DNA of 64,000 nucleotides, taken from positions 64,001-128,000 of the forward strand of contig CAWIIQ010000004.1 of the NCBI GenBank assembly GCA_963836185.1, in the 5' to 3' direction. This DNA is from Candidatus Krumholzibacteriia bacterium. Lineage in GTDB: Bacteria > Krumholzibacteriota > Krumholzibacteriia > Krumholzibacteriales > Krumholzibacteriaceae. The number at the start of each line of letters is the position of its first letter. Position 1 is the first letter of the stretch. A program made the translations under genes and the position numbers. Below, one piece after another: positions 31,393-41,702 of the stretch. The notes under the pieces are model-generated. The model saw nothing but the letters and a program-made list of their open reading frames with translations. It had not been told where the DNA came from and did not search any database.

Positions 31393-31441
31393 CTGTGACA
31401 GATGTCGCATATAATATGCGACATCTGTCGCAGTGTGTCAA
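31393..31441 (-). promoter_or_regulatory. Sigma70 promoter overlapped by a 33-bp palindromic operator
   Basis: Perfect IR gacagatgtcgcatat-a-atatgcgacatctgtc (31397-31429). Minus-strand TTGACA at 31441-31436, with a CATATT/TATTAT -10 inside the palindrome. Confidence 0.8.
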
Positions 31442-31449
31442 GGGGGAAT

Positions 31450-31761
31450 CTATCCGAGGTAGGCGACTGCTATCGATACGACCAGTATGGCCAGTCCGGT
31501 GACATTGAGGATATTCGCGATCCTAATGACAAGCGGGAGCCTCTCCACGTTTCCAGCGACGGCCAGGGCGATCTTCGGGAATTTGAGGAAATTGGCTATC
31601 CCTATGGCGAAGAGGCAGATGCCCCATACCGGGACTCCAGCGATGACATACATGCCGCGGCTCAGCTCCACGAAAGCCAGGGCTGTGAATATGATCCCCC
31701 AGAAGAGATTCATGCCTGAGCCGCCTGAATGTTCCTGGTCCATGCCGCTGTTTTCCTCCAT
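31450..31761 (-). CDS. Small membrane protein
   Basis: 3 hydrophobic segments; ATG overlaps the upstream stop. Confidence 0.65.
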   Translation of the reverse strand: MEENSGMDQEHSGGSGMNLFWGIIFTALAFVELSRGMYVIAGVPVWGICLFAIGIANFLKFPKIALAVAGNVERLPLVIRIANILNVTGLAILVVSIAVAYLG

Positions 31762-32211
31762 CAACCGCCCGCCTCCTTGAGCACGCTGGATCTCCTGTCG
31801 ATCCGCCACGCGCTTATCAGAAGAACACCTGCCGAAAGAGGAGGCAGGCCGAGTGCGGCCATTATGATCGCTTTCGCCGAAACGGGAAATAGTCCCGCAA
31901 TCAGCGGGTACCCGGCAAATACGGCCGCGGCCGCCAGTGGCAGGGCTATCCTTCCGATCCTCACCCATCTCCACGCGGTAAGAGCGAGGAGGAGAAGAAG
32001 GATAGTGAAGCCGAGGGGGATGAGCAATCCGCCGAGGGAGGCTCCGCCACGCGAATTGAAGTCGCGGGCCGAACTCGCTACGGCGAAAAAGATCCAGAAT
32101 CCGGCCCAGAGGCTGCTGATCACCCTGCGCGAGAAAATCCATCCATCTCGCAGCGGGTTCCCGCTGCCCGGCGGGGGATCGAGTCTCTTTGTGCTTTTTG
32201 TCTTCGTTCAT
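31761..32211 (-). CDS. Membrane protein (4 TM); frameshift ~32135
   Basis: MNEDKKHK N-terminus joins ISSLWAGFWIFFAVAS... Confidence 0.6.
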
Positions 32212-33207
32212 GGCAGCCTGTCCGGGTTGTTCTCGTCCCTGCATATGCGGTAGAAGTTACAGTACCTGCAAAGCCCGTTGTCGATCTTCGGGAAGAGATC
32301 CGGAGGGCCGGCCTCGTTCCTCGCAATGTCATTTTTCACAAGCACTGACGAGAGCTTGTCGATCCCGCCGCGGATGTGACTGTAGAATTCCTCCAGGTTT
32401 TCTTCGGAGATACTGTACTCGACGGCCGCGCCATCGTCGAGAAGATTCACTTCGAGCATCCTTATCCTTGAAAGAGGTTCTCCGAGGATGGACGCCGCGT
32501 AATAACCGTAGACTCCGAGCTGCACACGGGCCTTGCCGTCCTTTTCACTGCCGCTCTTCTTTCCGCTGAATGTCTTCCAGTCGACGATGTTGAAGGACCC
32601 GTCGGTGCCGCGGTACATGAAATCGGTCTTGGCGAATACCTTCGCTCCCTCGAACTCGAAGACCTGCGCGAACTCGGCCAGATCGATATTCTCGATCGCC
32701 CAGCCGTCGGGGTCCGTTCCGGCGATAGCGGCCAGGATGTCGCTCTCGAGAAGCCCTTTCATCGCCGTGAGGCACTCATCCCTCGTCTTCTGCAGTTTTT
32801 CCGGAGGGATCGGCCGGTCGTACTCGTGCTCGAAGAGGGCCAGCCAGTCGATGTTGAGGCGGCCGCTCTTCTTTTTCGGCTCGGTGAGATATTTCTTTGT
32901 AGCTGGAGAAATCGAGCTGCGTCTCGAAGCGTTCGAGGGTATAGCGGCTTACATCCTCGAAGGCAGGTATCCTGCCCTTTGCCCTCAACGAGGCGAGGAC
33001 CTTTGTCGCGATGTAATGGACGAGCTGGCCTCGCCAGAGCGGGAGGGAGGTCAGGCGTTTGAGCCTGAAAGCCTCCCTGGCGATCCTGGGAGCCTGTCTT
33101 TCCCAGCCCCCCCAGCTGAGGTAGTAGTGGAAGTAGTACCGTCTCAGGCAGGAGTCGAACATCGACTCCCTCGAAACTGACCATCCGAATTCGTTTACAA
33201 GGGCCAT
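32208..33207 (-). CDS. PD-(D/E)XK nuclease, RecB/Cas4-like with putative Fe-S cysteines; frameshift ~32903
   Basis: WSVSR..FDSCLRRYY, GQLVH, KTDF...IVDWKT, QLGVY, CRYCNFYRIC. Confidence 0.85.
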
Positions 33208-33252
33208 TGCGGCGGACCAGGCTCCCGTCAAAGATCAGCGGCGGCCGTACGG

Positions 33253-33711
33253 CTACTTGTCGAAGACTCCACGGTGGATCCTGTTCTCCAGCCTGTAACT
33301 CTCGAACTCGTAGTCGAACTTCATGCTCTTCTTGCCTCTCAGCGCGACCGCCTTCTTGGTATACATGTAGAGATGATACTTGCCGCCGGCCTTCTGCTGC
33401 GAGAGTTTTTCATATTCGGCGCGCGTAAAGATCCATGTCCTCAGCGTACTGAGGTCCACGCATGCCACGAAATCGGCCTCGTTGTCTACCGACACCCACC
33501 AGTCGAGGGCCATCTTACCCTTGCCGCCGGCCTTCTTTGGACGCAGATTGGTCGTGACGAGGACGGTCCACTTCCTCTTCGGCCTTGTCAGGTTGATGAC
33601 GAGATCGAACCCGTTTCTGCCGAGCTGGCAAGGGATGCCCTCGCGAAGTAGCAGGGAGTTGACGAACAATTTGCCGCTCACCCCGATCATGCTCTTCGGC
33701 ACTTCATTCAT
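33253..33711 (-). CDS. Hypothetical basic protein, possibly a degenerate restriction-endonuclease-like fold
   Basis: GVSGKLFV..LLREG, GFDLVI, ADFVACVDL pattern; coupled to acpS. Confidence 0.65.
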   Translation of the reverse strand: MNEVPKSMIGVSGKLFVNSLLLREGIPCQLGRNGFDLVINLTRPKRKWTVLVTTNLRPKKAGGKGKMALDWWVSVDNEADFVACVDLSTLRTWIFTRAEYEKLSQQKAGGKYHLYMYTKKAVALRGKKSMKFDYEFESYRLENRIHRGVFDK

Positions 33712-34094
33712 TTCTGACCTCCTTCCAGTATGACGATTGCCTGTGCTATGCCAGCTTCATGCGACAGGCTGAGATGCGAGGTCGATGCTCCGCGGGATCT
33801 GACTGCCTCCAGCGCCCGGCTGGAGAGAGACAGAAGCGGTCGTCCCGATTCCTCCCTTGTCACGCTGACCTCCTTTAGCGAGATCCCCCTCCCCCAACCG
33901 GTACCAAGCGCTTTGAAGAATGCCTCTCTTGCTGCGAACCTTGCCGCGAAGTACTGGGCGCTATCCCTGCGCCCTGTGCCTCCGGCGATCTCCTCTTCAG
34001 TGAAGATCTTGTTCAGGAATCTCTGTCCGTATAACTCGATTAATCGAGCGATACGACTGATCGAGACCGAGTCGATCCCTACACCGACTATCAT
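33708..34094 (-). CDS. acpS: Holo-[acyl-carrier-protein] synthase
   Basis: GVGID, AARFAAREAFFKALGTG, LSLSHE. Confidence 0.95.
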   Translation of the reverse strand: MIVGVGIDSVSISRIARLIELYGQRFLNKIFTEEEIAGGTGRRDSAQYFAARFAAREAFFKALGTGWGRGISLKEVSVTREESGRPLLSLSSRALEAVRSRGASTSHLSLSHEAGIAQAIVILEGGQK

Positions 34095-34227
34095 GACTTT
34101 CTTCCCCCAGGCTCGGAATGACTTTGAGACTTGTCCTGAAATCTATTTGTAACTATACTCAACTGCACGATATCATTGCTTACATTATTAATAAAGAAAT
34201 ATTTGTAAAAAATTTTTGACAGTTATC

Positions 34228-35109
34228 ATGACTATCGATTACGACATTCCTCTCTACCGGCCCCCCAGTGAAGCTCAGTCGCTTATTCTTCAGGCTACGC
34301 TCGGATGTTCTCATAACGCCTGCAGATTCTGTTACATGTATAAAGATAAAAGGTTCCAGGTCAAGCCGGAGGAGAGGTTCCTCGAGGAGATAGACACAGC
34401 GGCGGCTGCAATATCCAACGGCGCGAAGGATCTTTCTCGCCGATGGAGACGCGATGGTTCTCTCCGCCGGGCGGCTCGAACGGATTCTCGACAGGCTTAA
34501 CGCGTCCTTCCCGCAGCTTCAGAGGGTGACCGTCTACGCGAATCCGGCGAATCTTCTGGGGAAATCGAAGGAAGAGCTGGAGAGGCTCAGGGAGAGGAAG
34601 CTCTCGATACTCTACTACGGCGTGGAGACAGGCGACCCTGAGCTTCTCAACAGGATAGAGAAGGGTGCGACTCCCGATGAGATGGCCGAAGGGTGCTCGC
34701 GGGCGTCCGAAGCGGGGATAAAGCTCTCCGTCACCGTCATACTCGGACTCGCGGGAAAAGAGGGAAGCCTGAGGCACGCGCGGATTGACCGCGGAGCTTC
34801 TCAACCGGATCCAGCCTCGATACCTTTCGGCGCTGACTCTGATGCTCGGTCCGTGGAAAGGACAGCTACGCCTCATCGATGGGCCCGGGATTCGAATTCA
34901 ACTCGGCCCTCGACGACATCCGTGAGCTGCGCGAGCTCATCGCGGGCCTCGAGACCGACAAGTGCATATTCAGGAGCAACCACGCTTCGAACTATCTAGC
35001 CCTCAAGGGGACGCTGCTCAAGGACAGGACGGCCCTTCTCGACGAGATCGACCGCGCACTCGACGATCCCGAAGGGCGGCTGCGGCCGGAGTGGGTACGG
35101 GGGCTTTGA
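34228..35109 (+). CDS. Radical SAM protein; three apparent frameshifts
   Basis: LYRPPSEA, GCSHNACRFCYMYK, FLADGDA, GVETGD, FRSNHASNY. Confidence 0.88.
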
Positions 35110-35111
35110 TC

Positions 35112-36080
35112 TTATCCGGAGAGTCTGCCGAAAAACTTGCGGAACCAGGAATCGGACAGGTAGGAGTCGTACTCGAATTTACTGCCTCCCCATCGTTCCT
35201 TGTAATCGATGAGGGAGTGTGCGTCGGGCGGGGAAGAACCGAGATTTATCGTGCGTATCCCTTTTTCGACCGCCATCTGGATCGAATCGGAGAGAAGGAC
35301 ATGGTTCGGCTTAAGATGCCGGTATTCGTAGTTCCACACCGTCTGCCAGTTAAACATCGAGTCGTTATACATGAAATTGATCCTTGATCCGATCATCTCA
35401 CCGTTTGTGTTGAGGCATGTCCAGCTCATCATCTCTGAATCACCGAGATGTTTCAGTACGCTGGCAAAGAAGTGCTTGGTGTAGAGGTTGCGAATCGACC
35501 CGTGCCTCTTCTCTGTCATCTCGTACAGCCTGTAGAAATCGTTTAGCTGGTCCCTGCTTCTGACGCGGCAGATATCGGTGTCCGCCCGCTGTCCGGAGCG
35601 GATGTGCCCATTGATCTTCTTGTCACGGGGTGAGTGCCCGTTCTCAGCGTCGAGATGGATGATATGCGTGAAGACGTCCTTGTGCCTCAGGAAGGGTTCG
35701 ACAAGCTCGGAGAGGTTGCGGTCGAAATCGGTGATCGATATCCTCGAGAACCTGCCGTTCTTGAGATACCTGACAAGATGGACGTAGAACTCATCGCGCG
35801 TATTGCCGTTTACGCCCTCGGCGAGGATAACCTCACCGTATGTTCCGTAGGGCATCGAGTAAAACGACTTGAACAGGAGCTGCTTCGTGATGACGGCCGG
35901 CATCCCCGCGACCAGTCTGCCGTCCTCGAAGCCGCAGAGAAACTCGGAATGCGATCCGGGTGAGAGGCCGTCGACGCATGTATCCACCCACTGGTAGGTG
36001 TGGAAGAAAGAGGCGTCTTTCGTCAGCGACTCCCATGCTGGGACATCGAGCGATTTCCTGTCTATCACACGGAATTCCAT
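35112..36080 (-). CDS. FemAB/BcsL-like GNAT family protein
   Basis: SFFHTYQW, SMPYGTYG, KPNHVL, NLGSS, YKERWG. Confidence 0.82.
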   Translation of the reverse strand: MEFRVIDRKSLDVPAWESLTKDASFFHTYQWVDTCVDGLSPGSHSEFLCGFEDGRLVAGMPAVITKQLLFKSFYSMPYGTYGEVILAEGVNGNTRDEFYVHLVRYLKNGRFSRISITDFDRNLSELVEPFLRHKDVFTHIIHLDAENGHSPRDKKINGHIRSGQRADTDICRVRSRDQLNDFYRLYEMTEKRHGSIRNLYTKHFFASVLKHLGDSEMMSWTCLNTNGEMIGSRINFMYNDSMFNWQTVWNYEYRHLKPNHVLLSDSIQMAVEKGIRTINLGSSPPDAHSLIDYKERWGGSKFEYDSYLSDSWFRKFFGRLSG

Positions 36081-36358
36081 CAGATCTCCGGCAAAATATG
36101 AACGGGGCCATTCTAGAAGTCATTCTGATGCCGCTGTTCCGGTCATCGGCGAATCGCGGCCGGCCGGAATACCCCTGTCACGCCATCTGAATGTAATACA
36201 TGGGTTTCGATTCGTCAACGAGCCAAACCATACCTGAAGGCTAAATAATTCCCCGGTAAAAGGTTGATTTCCTGAGGTATCTGTATTACCTTAATCCCGT
36301 TTAATTCAGTAATTTGGAGAGAATCGTAAGTTTTCCCGGAAAAGATGGCAGGTGAACG

Positions 36359-36940
36359 ATGCCCAAGCTCGTCATAATCATTATAAGCGCTGTCCTGGTA
36401 AACAATTTTGTCCTGATGAGATTTCTCGGGATCTGCCCCTTCCTCGGGGTATCCAAAAGGGTCTCTACGGCGGCAGGCATGAGCGGGGCTGTGCTGTTCG
36501 TGATGACGATGGCCTCAGTGGTCACATGGCTTATCTATCATTACGTCCTCGTTCCGTTCGGCCTGACATACCTTCAGACAGTCAGTTTTATCCTCGTAAT
36601 AGCCAGTCTCGTACAGCTTGTCGAGCTCGTACTTCAGAAACTCAGTCCGGCCCTGTACAAGGCGCTGGGAATATTCCTGCCCCTGATCACTACCAACTGC
36701 GCCGTTCTCGGAGTTTCCGTTCTCAATATCCAGAAGGAATTCACCCTGATCGAGACGACCCTCTTCGGCGTTGGCGCCGCGATCGGATTCGGGGTCGCGA
36801 TGATCCTCTTCTCGGGACTGAGAGAGAGGATAGAGCTCTGCGATACGCCGATCCCGTTCAGGGGAACGGCCATCGGCCTTGTCACAGCCGGGCTGCTCTC
36901 CCTCGCGTTCATGGGATTTACCGGGCTGGTCAAGCTTTAG
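36359..36940 (+). CDS. rnfA: Rnf complex subunit A
   Basis: VNNFVLMRFLGICPFLGVS, LPLITTNCAVLG. Confidence 0.95.
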   Translation: MPKLVIIIISAVLVNNFVLMRFLGICPFLGVSKRVSTAAGMSGAVLFVMTMASVVTWLIYHYVLVPFGLTYLQTVSFILVIASLVQLVELVLQKLSPALYKALGIFLPLITTNCAVLGVSVLNIQKEFTLIETTLFGVGAAIGFGVAMILFSGLRERIELCDTPIPFRGTAIGLVTAGLLSLAFMGFTGLVKL

Positions 36941-36995
36941 GCCGGCCGCGATCCGGATAGAAATAGAAACGATTCTGCGGAGGAAGTAAAAAAAG

Positions 36996-37832
36996 ATGAT
37001 CACTGCTGTTATCGCACTTGCGGCTCTCGCTCTCCTGGCCGCTTTCGGTCTGGCCATCGCGGCGCGGGTCTTCGCCGTTCCGACCAATCCGAAAGCGGAA
37101 GAGATCGAGGAAGCTCTTCCCGGCGCCAATTGCGGCGCGTGCGCTCTTCCAGGATGCTCCGAGCTTGCCAGGCGGATCGCCGAAGGGAAGGCCGACGTCG
37201 ATGCCTGCCCGGTCGGGGGCGAGCCGGTGGCCCTCGCCATCGCCGATATCATGGGCATCGAGTTCGAAGGCGGAGCCGACAGGGAAGTGGCGCTGGTCCT
37301 CTGCAAAGGGAGCGACCAGGTCGCGGCAAAGCGTTTTTTCTACAACGGAGTGTATGACTGCAACTCGGCCGCACTCGTCTTCGGCGGTGACAAGGCCTGT
37401 ACTTACGGCTGCCTCGGCCTTGGTACGTGCGCCGGTGTATGCCCCTTCGGCGCGATAGAGATGCTGCCGGGCGGACTTGCCAGCGTCGATCCCGAGAAAT
37501 GCACGGGATGCACGAAATGCGTTTCGGCCTGTCCCAAGGGGATCATCAAGATGGTCCCGGCGAAGAGGAATCTGCATATACTCTGCAGCTCGCACGACAA
37601 GGGAGGAGCGGCGAGGAAGCACTGCAAGGTCGCCTGTATCGGCTGCATGAAGTGCGTAAAGGCCGCGCCAGAAGGCGCGATAAACATGGATAATTTCCTC
37701 GCTGTCGTCGATTACGGATTTGAGATCCCGGCCGAGGTCGCAGCGGAATGTCCGATGAACACGATAGTCGTTATCGGGGAGGCTGCCGCCGCGGGTGAAC
37801 AACCAGTGGCAGCGGCGGGAGGTGATGCGTAA
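36996..37832 (+). CDS. rnfB: Rnf complex subunit B (polyferredoxin)
   Basis: LPGANCGAC, GCLGLGTC, CTGCTKC, CIGCMKC. Confidence 0.95.
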   Translation: MITAVIALAALALLAAFGLAIAARVFAVPTNPKAEEIEEALPGANCGACALPGCSELARRIAEGKADVDACPVGGEPVALAIADIMGIEFEGGADREVALVLCKGSDQVAAKRFFYNGVYDCNSAALVFGGDKACTYGCLGLGTCAGVCPFGAIEMLPGGLASVDPEKCTGCTKCVSACPKGIIKMVPAKRNLHILCSSHDKGGAARKHCKVACIGCMKCVKAAPEGAINMDNFLAVVDYGFEIPAEVAAECPMNTIVVIGEAAAAGEQPVAAAGGDA

Positions 37833-39157
37833 TGGGAAGCGGCAAGTTCTTCGGAGGCGTTCATCCATCGTATAACAAGGGACTGGCCGACTCGCGCGCT
37901 GTAGTCGAGATGCCTCTTCCAGAAAAGCTCGTAGTCTTCTTCGCCCAGAACCTAGGCGCTCCCTCGCAGCCCGTCGTCAAGAAGGGCGACGAGGTGAAGA
38001 AGGGGCAGGTCATCGCCGAGTCGGGAGGATTCGTCTCGACACCGGTCCATGCCCCGACATCGGGAACAATAGATTCGATAGGTGTGCATCCGTCGCCTGT
38101 CGGCGTCGACGCGCCCGCCGCGGTGATCATTCCAGATGGAAAAGACGAGTGGTGCGAGGGGTGCGGAGTCGAGAGGTCGAGCGGAGACCTCGATGCCGAG
38201 AAGATAAAAGAGATCATCCATGACAACGGGATCGTTGGTATGGGGGGAGCGACATTCCCGACTCACGTGAAGCTCTCGCCTCCCGCCGGGAAGCTGATGG
38301 ATACCCTTATAATAAACGGCGCCGAATGCGAGCCCTACCTGACCGCCGATCACAGGCTGATGGTCGAACATGCCGAGGGGATCCTCGACGGCGCGGCCCT
38401 TTTCGCCGCGGTGATCGGGGTCGGGAAGGTCATTATCGCGATAGAGAAGAACAAGCCCGACGCCATAGAAGTGATGCGCAAGGCCGTCGGCGGCCGCACG
38501 GGCTTCAGCGTCGAGGCGATGGATGTGATATATCCGCAGGGAGCGGAGAAGCAGCTGATATACGCTATAACGAAGAGGAAGGTGCCTGCCGGCGGGCTGC
38601 CGATGGATGTCGGCGTCCTCGTGCAGAACGTGGGGACGGCCCTGGCCGCCTACGATGCCGTACGGTTCAACAGGCCCCTGATCGAGCGCGTCGTCACCGT
38701 TACAGGAAGTGGGATAAAGGAACCGAAGAACGTTCTCGCGCGGGTGGGGACGAGGTTCGAGGACCTCGTCGAGTTCTGCGGCGGACTCGAGGGCGGCGCG
38801 GCCAAATGCATAAACGGCGGGCCGATGATGGGCGTGGCTCAGTACTCGCTCGAAGCCGCTGTCACGAAGGGCACGAGCGGGCTCGTGATCCTCAGGCAGG
38901 AAGAGGTAGCGCAGTTCGTCAGCGACGCGTGCATCAGGTGCGCTCGCTGCCTCGATGCCTGCCCGATGCGGCTTAATCCTTCGGCCCTCTCGATATTCAC
39001 GGAGAAGATGAGGTTCGAGGATACCAGCGAATATAACGTCATGGACTGCATAGAATGCGGCTGCTGCGCCTATGTGTGCCCGTCGAGAAGACCGATGGTG
39101 CATCATTTCAGAAGGGCGAAGGCCGAGGTAAGGAAACTGCAGAGAAAAGCCGGCTGA
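37832..39157 (+). CDS. rnfC: Rnf complex subunit C
   Basis: GIVGMGGATFPTH, NGAECEPYLTAD, CIRCARC, CIECGCC. Confidence 0.95.
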   Translation: MGSGKFFGGVHPSYNKGLADSRAVVEMPLPEKLVVFFAQNLGAPSQPVVKKGDEVKKGQVIAESGGFVSTPVHAPTSGTIDSIGVHPSPVGVDAPAAVIIPDGKDEWCEGCGVERSSGDLDAEKIKEIIHDNGIVGMGGATFPTHVKLSPPAGKLMDTLIINGAECEPYLTADHRLMVEHAEGILDGAALFAAVIGVGKVIIAIEKNKPDAIEVMRKAVGGRTGFSVEAMDVIYPQGAEKQLIYAITKRKVPAGGLPMDVGVLVQNVGTALAAYDAVRFNRPLIERVVTVTGSGIKEPKNVLARVGTRFEDLVEFCGGLEGGAAKCINGGPMMGVAQYSLEAAVTKGTSGLVILRQEEVAQFVSDACIRCARCLDACPMRLNPSALSIFTEKMRFEDTSEYNVMDCIECGCCAYVCPSRRPMVHHFRRAKAEVRKLQRKAG

Positions 39158-39186
39158 TGACCGGCCGATGAGACCTGGAGGTCCCT

Positions 39187-40269
39187 TTGGAAGAGAATAT
39201 GGAAGGAAAAAAACCCGAGGAGAAGCCGGCGGCTGCTCCCGCGCCCAAGCCGAAGCCGAAGAAGGCAGAGGTCGGGCCGAGATTCGTCGTAAGCTCCTCA
39301 CCTCACATGCACGACGGCCGTACCGTGGCGCAGATCATGAGGCTCGTGATCATCGCGCTCGCGCCGGCCGCGCTCTTCTCGATCTATATCTTCGGCCTCG
39401 ACGCGTTGAGGGTGATCGTGATCTCGATCGCATCCGCGATGATCTTCGAAGCGATATCCCAGAAGGTCATGAAGAGGCCCATAACACTTCGTGAAGGCAG
39501 TGCCGCTCTTACCGGGCTGCTGCTGGCGATGAACCTGCCTTCGACCTCGCCGTGGTGGCTGATAGTCGTCGGCAACCTCTTCGCCATAGTCATAGCGAAA
39601 CAGCTCTACGGCGGGCTGGGATACAATCCCTTCAACCCGGCGCTCGTCGGCCGTGTAGTCCTGCTGATCTCGTTTCCCGTCCATATGACAGCGAGGTGGG
39701 TGACCAATTCGAGGTTCGGAACCGATGCCGTGACCACGGCGACCCCACTGACCCAGATGAAAGAAAGCCTCGCGACGCTCGGTCATATCGATATTGCCTT
39801 CGGAAAGGAACAGGTCTTCGATCTGCTGATCGGCAACAGGGCCGGCTGTCTCGGTGAGACATCGATAGTGCTGCTTGCCCTCGGCGGGCTCTTCCTGATC
39901 TGGAAGAGGGTCATTTCATGGCGTATACCGGTATTGTTCATCGGCGCAGTCTGGGCGATGACCGGCATTTTCCATCTGATAGATCCGACGCACTATGCCG
40001 ATCCATCATTTCACGTTATTACAGGCGGGCTCTTTCTCGGCGCGATATTCATGGCGACCGATTACGTGACCAGCCCCGTGACAAAAAAAGGAATGCTTAT
40101 ATTCGGAGCCGGATGCGGCATCATCACGGTATTGATAAGGCTCTGGGGCGCGTATCCCGAGGGAGTGAGCTTCGCGATACTGCTCATGAACGCGGCGACG
40201 CCCCTTATAGACAGGTATACGAAGCCCAAGGTATTCGGTGCGGTTGATACAAAGAAAGCCGCGGCGTAG
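39187..40269 (+). CDS. rnfD: Rnf complex subunit D
   Basis: SSSPH, GGLGYNPFNPALVGR, DAVTTATPL, MATDYVTSP. Confidence 0.95.
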   Translation: MEENMEGKKPEEKPAAAPAPKPKPKKAEVGPRFVVSSSPHMHDGRTVAQIMRLVIIALAPAALFSIYIFGLDALRVIVISIASAMIFEAISQKVMKRPITLREGSAALTGLLLAMNLPSTSPWWLIVVGNLFAIVIAKQLYGGLGYNPFNPALVGRVVLLISFPVHMTARWVTNSRFGTDAVTTATPLTQMKESLATLGHIDIAFGKEQVFDLLIGNRAGCLGETSIVLLALGGLFLIWKRVISWRIPVLFIGAVWAMTGIFHLIDPTHYADPSFHVITGGLFLGAIFMATDYVTSPVTKKGMLIFGAGCGIITVLIRLWGAYPEGVSFAILLMNAATPLIDRYTKPKVFGAVDTKKAAA

Positions 40270-40285
40270 TGGAGGTTATCAAGGT

Positions 40286-40945
40286 ATGAAAGAGATTATA
40301 CGGTTGTGTTTCGTCCTCACCCTGATCGCCGCGGTTTCGGCGGGCGTATTGGCGTACGTCAACGAAAAGACAGCCGAGCCGATCGCGAAAGCCCTTCTCG
40401 AAGAGAAGATGAGCGCTGTCCGCAGCGTCCTGCCGCCTTATGACAATGAGCCTGACAAGGACATGATCACGATCGGTCTGGCCGACGGAGATTCACTCGA
40501 GGTCTATCGAGGACGTAAAGACGGAGCCGTCACCGGAGCGGCATTCGCGATCACATCTCCCGACGGTTATTCCGGGGACATCGAGTTTATGATCGGCGTA
40601 GACGGGGAAGGCGTGATGCAGGGGCTGATGGTGCTGAATCATCTCGAGACGCCCGGTCTGGGAGCCAAGATCGAAACAGACGCTTTCAGGGGCCAGTACA
40701 AGGGCAAGAGCCTCGAGAATCCCGAGCTCTGGGAGGTCACAAAGGACGGCGGGACATTCGTTCCCATCACCGGAGCGACCATATCGTCGCGGGCCATAAC
40801 GAGGGCCGCGGCGAAGGGACTGAAGCTCTTCGAGGAACATAAGGCCGAGATCTTCGAGTCCGCGGCCGGACAGGGTAATACCGAAACGGGAGTGGATTCC
40901 GCTACAGTCGAGGAAGACGAAGTGGATGGGGAGGTGCAGCAGTGA
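40286..40945 (+). CDS. rnfG: Rnf complex subunit G
   Basis: DGYSG, HLETPGLG, ITGATISS flavinylation site. Confidence 0.93.
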   Translation: MKEIIRLCFVLTLIAAVSAGVLAYVNEKTAEPIAKALLEEKMSAVRSVLPPYDNEPDKDMITIGLADGDSLEVYRGRKDGAVTGAAFAITSPDGYSGDIEFMIGVDGEGVMQGLMVLNHLETPGLGAKIETDAFRGQYKGKSLENPELWEVTKDGGTFVPITGATISSRAITRAAAKGLKLFEEHKAEIFESAAGQGNTETGVDSATVEEDEVDGEVQQ

Positions 40946-41643
40946 AGGCATGGGATGAGTTCATAAAGGGATTCTGGAGTGAGAACCCGATATTCAGGCT
41001 GGTGCTCGGTCTCTGCCCGACCCTGGCCGTCACGACCTCGGCCGAGAACGGCCTCGGGATGGGGCTCGCATCGACATTCGTGCTCGTCTGCTCGAACCTC
41101 GTGATCTCTTCGATAAGGAAGTTTATCCCCAAGAAGGTACGTATCCCCGCGTATATCGTCACTATCGCGACCTTCGTCACGATAGTCGATCTCGTGATGA
41201 ACGGATACTTTCACGCCCTGCACAAGAGCCTGGGGCTGTTCATACCTCTGATCGTGGTCAACTGCATCATCCTCGGCAGGGCGGAAGCGTTCGCCTCGAA
41301 GAACCCTGTATGGGTATCGATCATTGATGGATTCGGTATGGGGTTCGGGTTCACGATCTCACTGATCGTGCTCGGAGCGATCAGGGAGATCATCGGGAAC
41401 GGCACGATCTTCAACATCTCGATATTCGGTGACGGCTACCTGCCGCTGCTCCTGATGATCCTGCCTCCAGGCGCCTTTATCGTACTCGGCATACTGCTCG
41501 GCCTGATGAACAAGGCAGAGATAGCGCTGGCCGAAAAGAGCGGGCGGCAGCCGATCATCCGCAAGGAGCATGACTGCGCGAGCTGCGCGATCCACACCAA
41601 GTGGTTCGACTTCTCCGCGAAAGAAGAGTCTGTTTCCGAGTAG
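40942..41643 (+). CDS. rnfE: Rnf complex subunit E
   Basis: ENPIFRLVLGLCPTLAVT, IVVNCIILGRAEAFA, LPPGAF. Confidence 0.95.
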   Translation: MKAWDEFIKGFWSENPIFRLVLGLCPTLAVTTSAENGLGMGLASTFVLVCSNLVISSIRKFIPKKVRIPAYIVTIATFVTIVDLVMNGYFHALHKSLGLFIPLIVVNCIILGRAEAFASKNPVWVSIIDGFGMGFGFTISLIVLGAIREIIGNGTIFNISIFGDGYLPLLLMILPPGAFIVLGILLGLMNKAEIALAEKSGRQPIIRKEHDCASCAIHTKWFDFSAKEESVSE

Positions 41644-41665
41644 CGGTATGGATAATTAAGACAGC

Positions 41666-41699
41666 AAAAGGACCGGGATCGTTCCCGGTCCTTTTTTTT
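41666..41699. terminator. Bidirectional intrinsic terminator
   Basis: aaaaggaccggga-tcgt-tcccggtcctttttttt. Confidence 0.9.
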
Positions 41700-41702
41700 C
41701 AG

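Noticed and set aside
31402-31719. Two opposite ORFs both starting MSHIICDIC
   Set aside because: Consequence of the operator palindrome, not duplicated genes.
32208-33207. Cas4-like gene as evidence of CRISPR-Cas
   Set aside because: No array, cas1, cas2 or effector genes in the window.
34300-34335. CX4CX2C radical SAM motif as a novelty
   Set aside because: This spacing is usual for the YRPPSEA/CSHNxCxFC subfamily.
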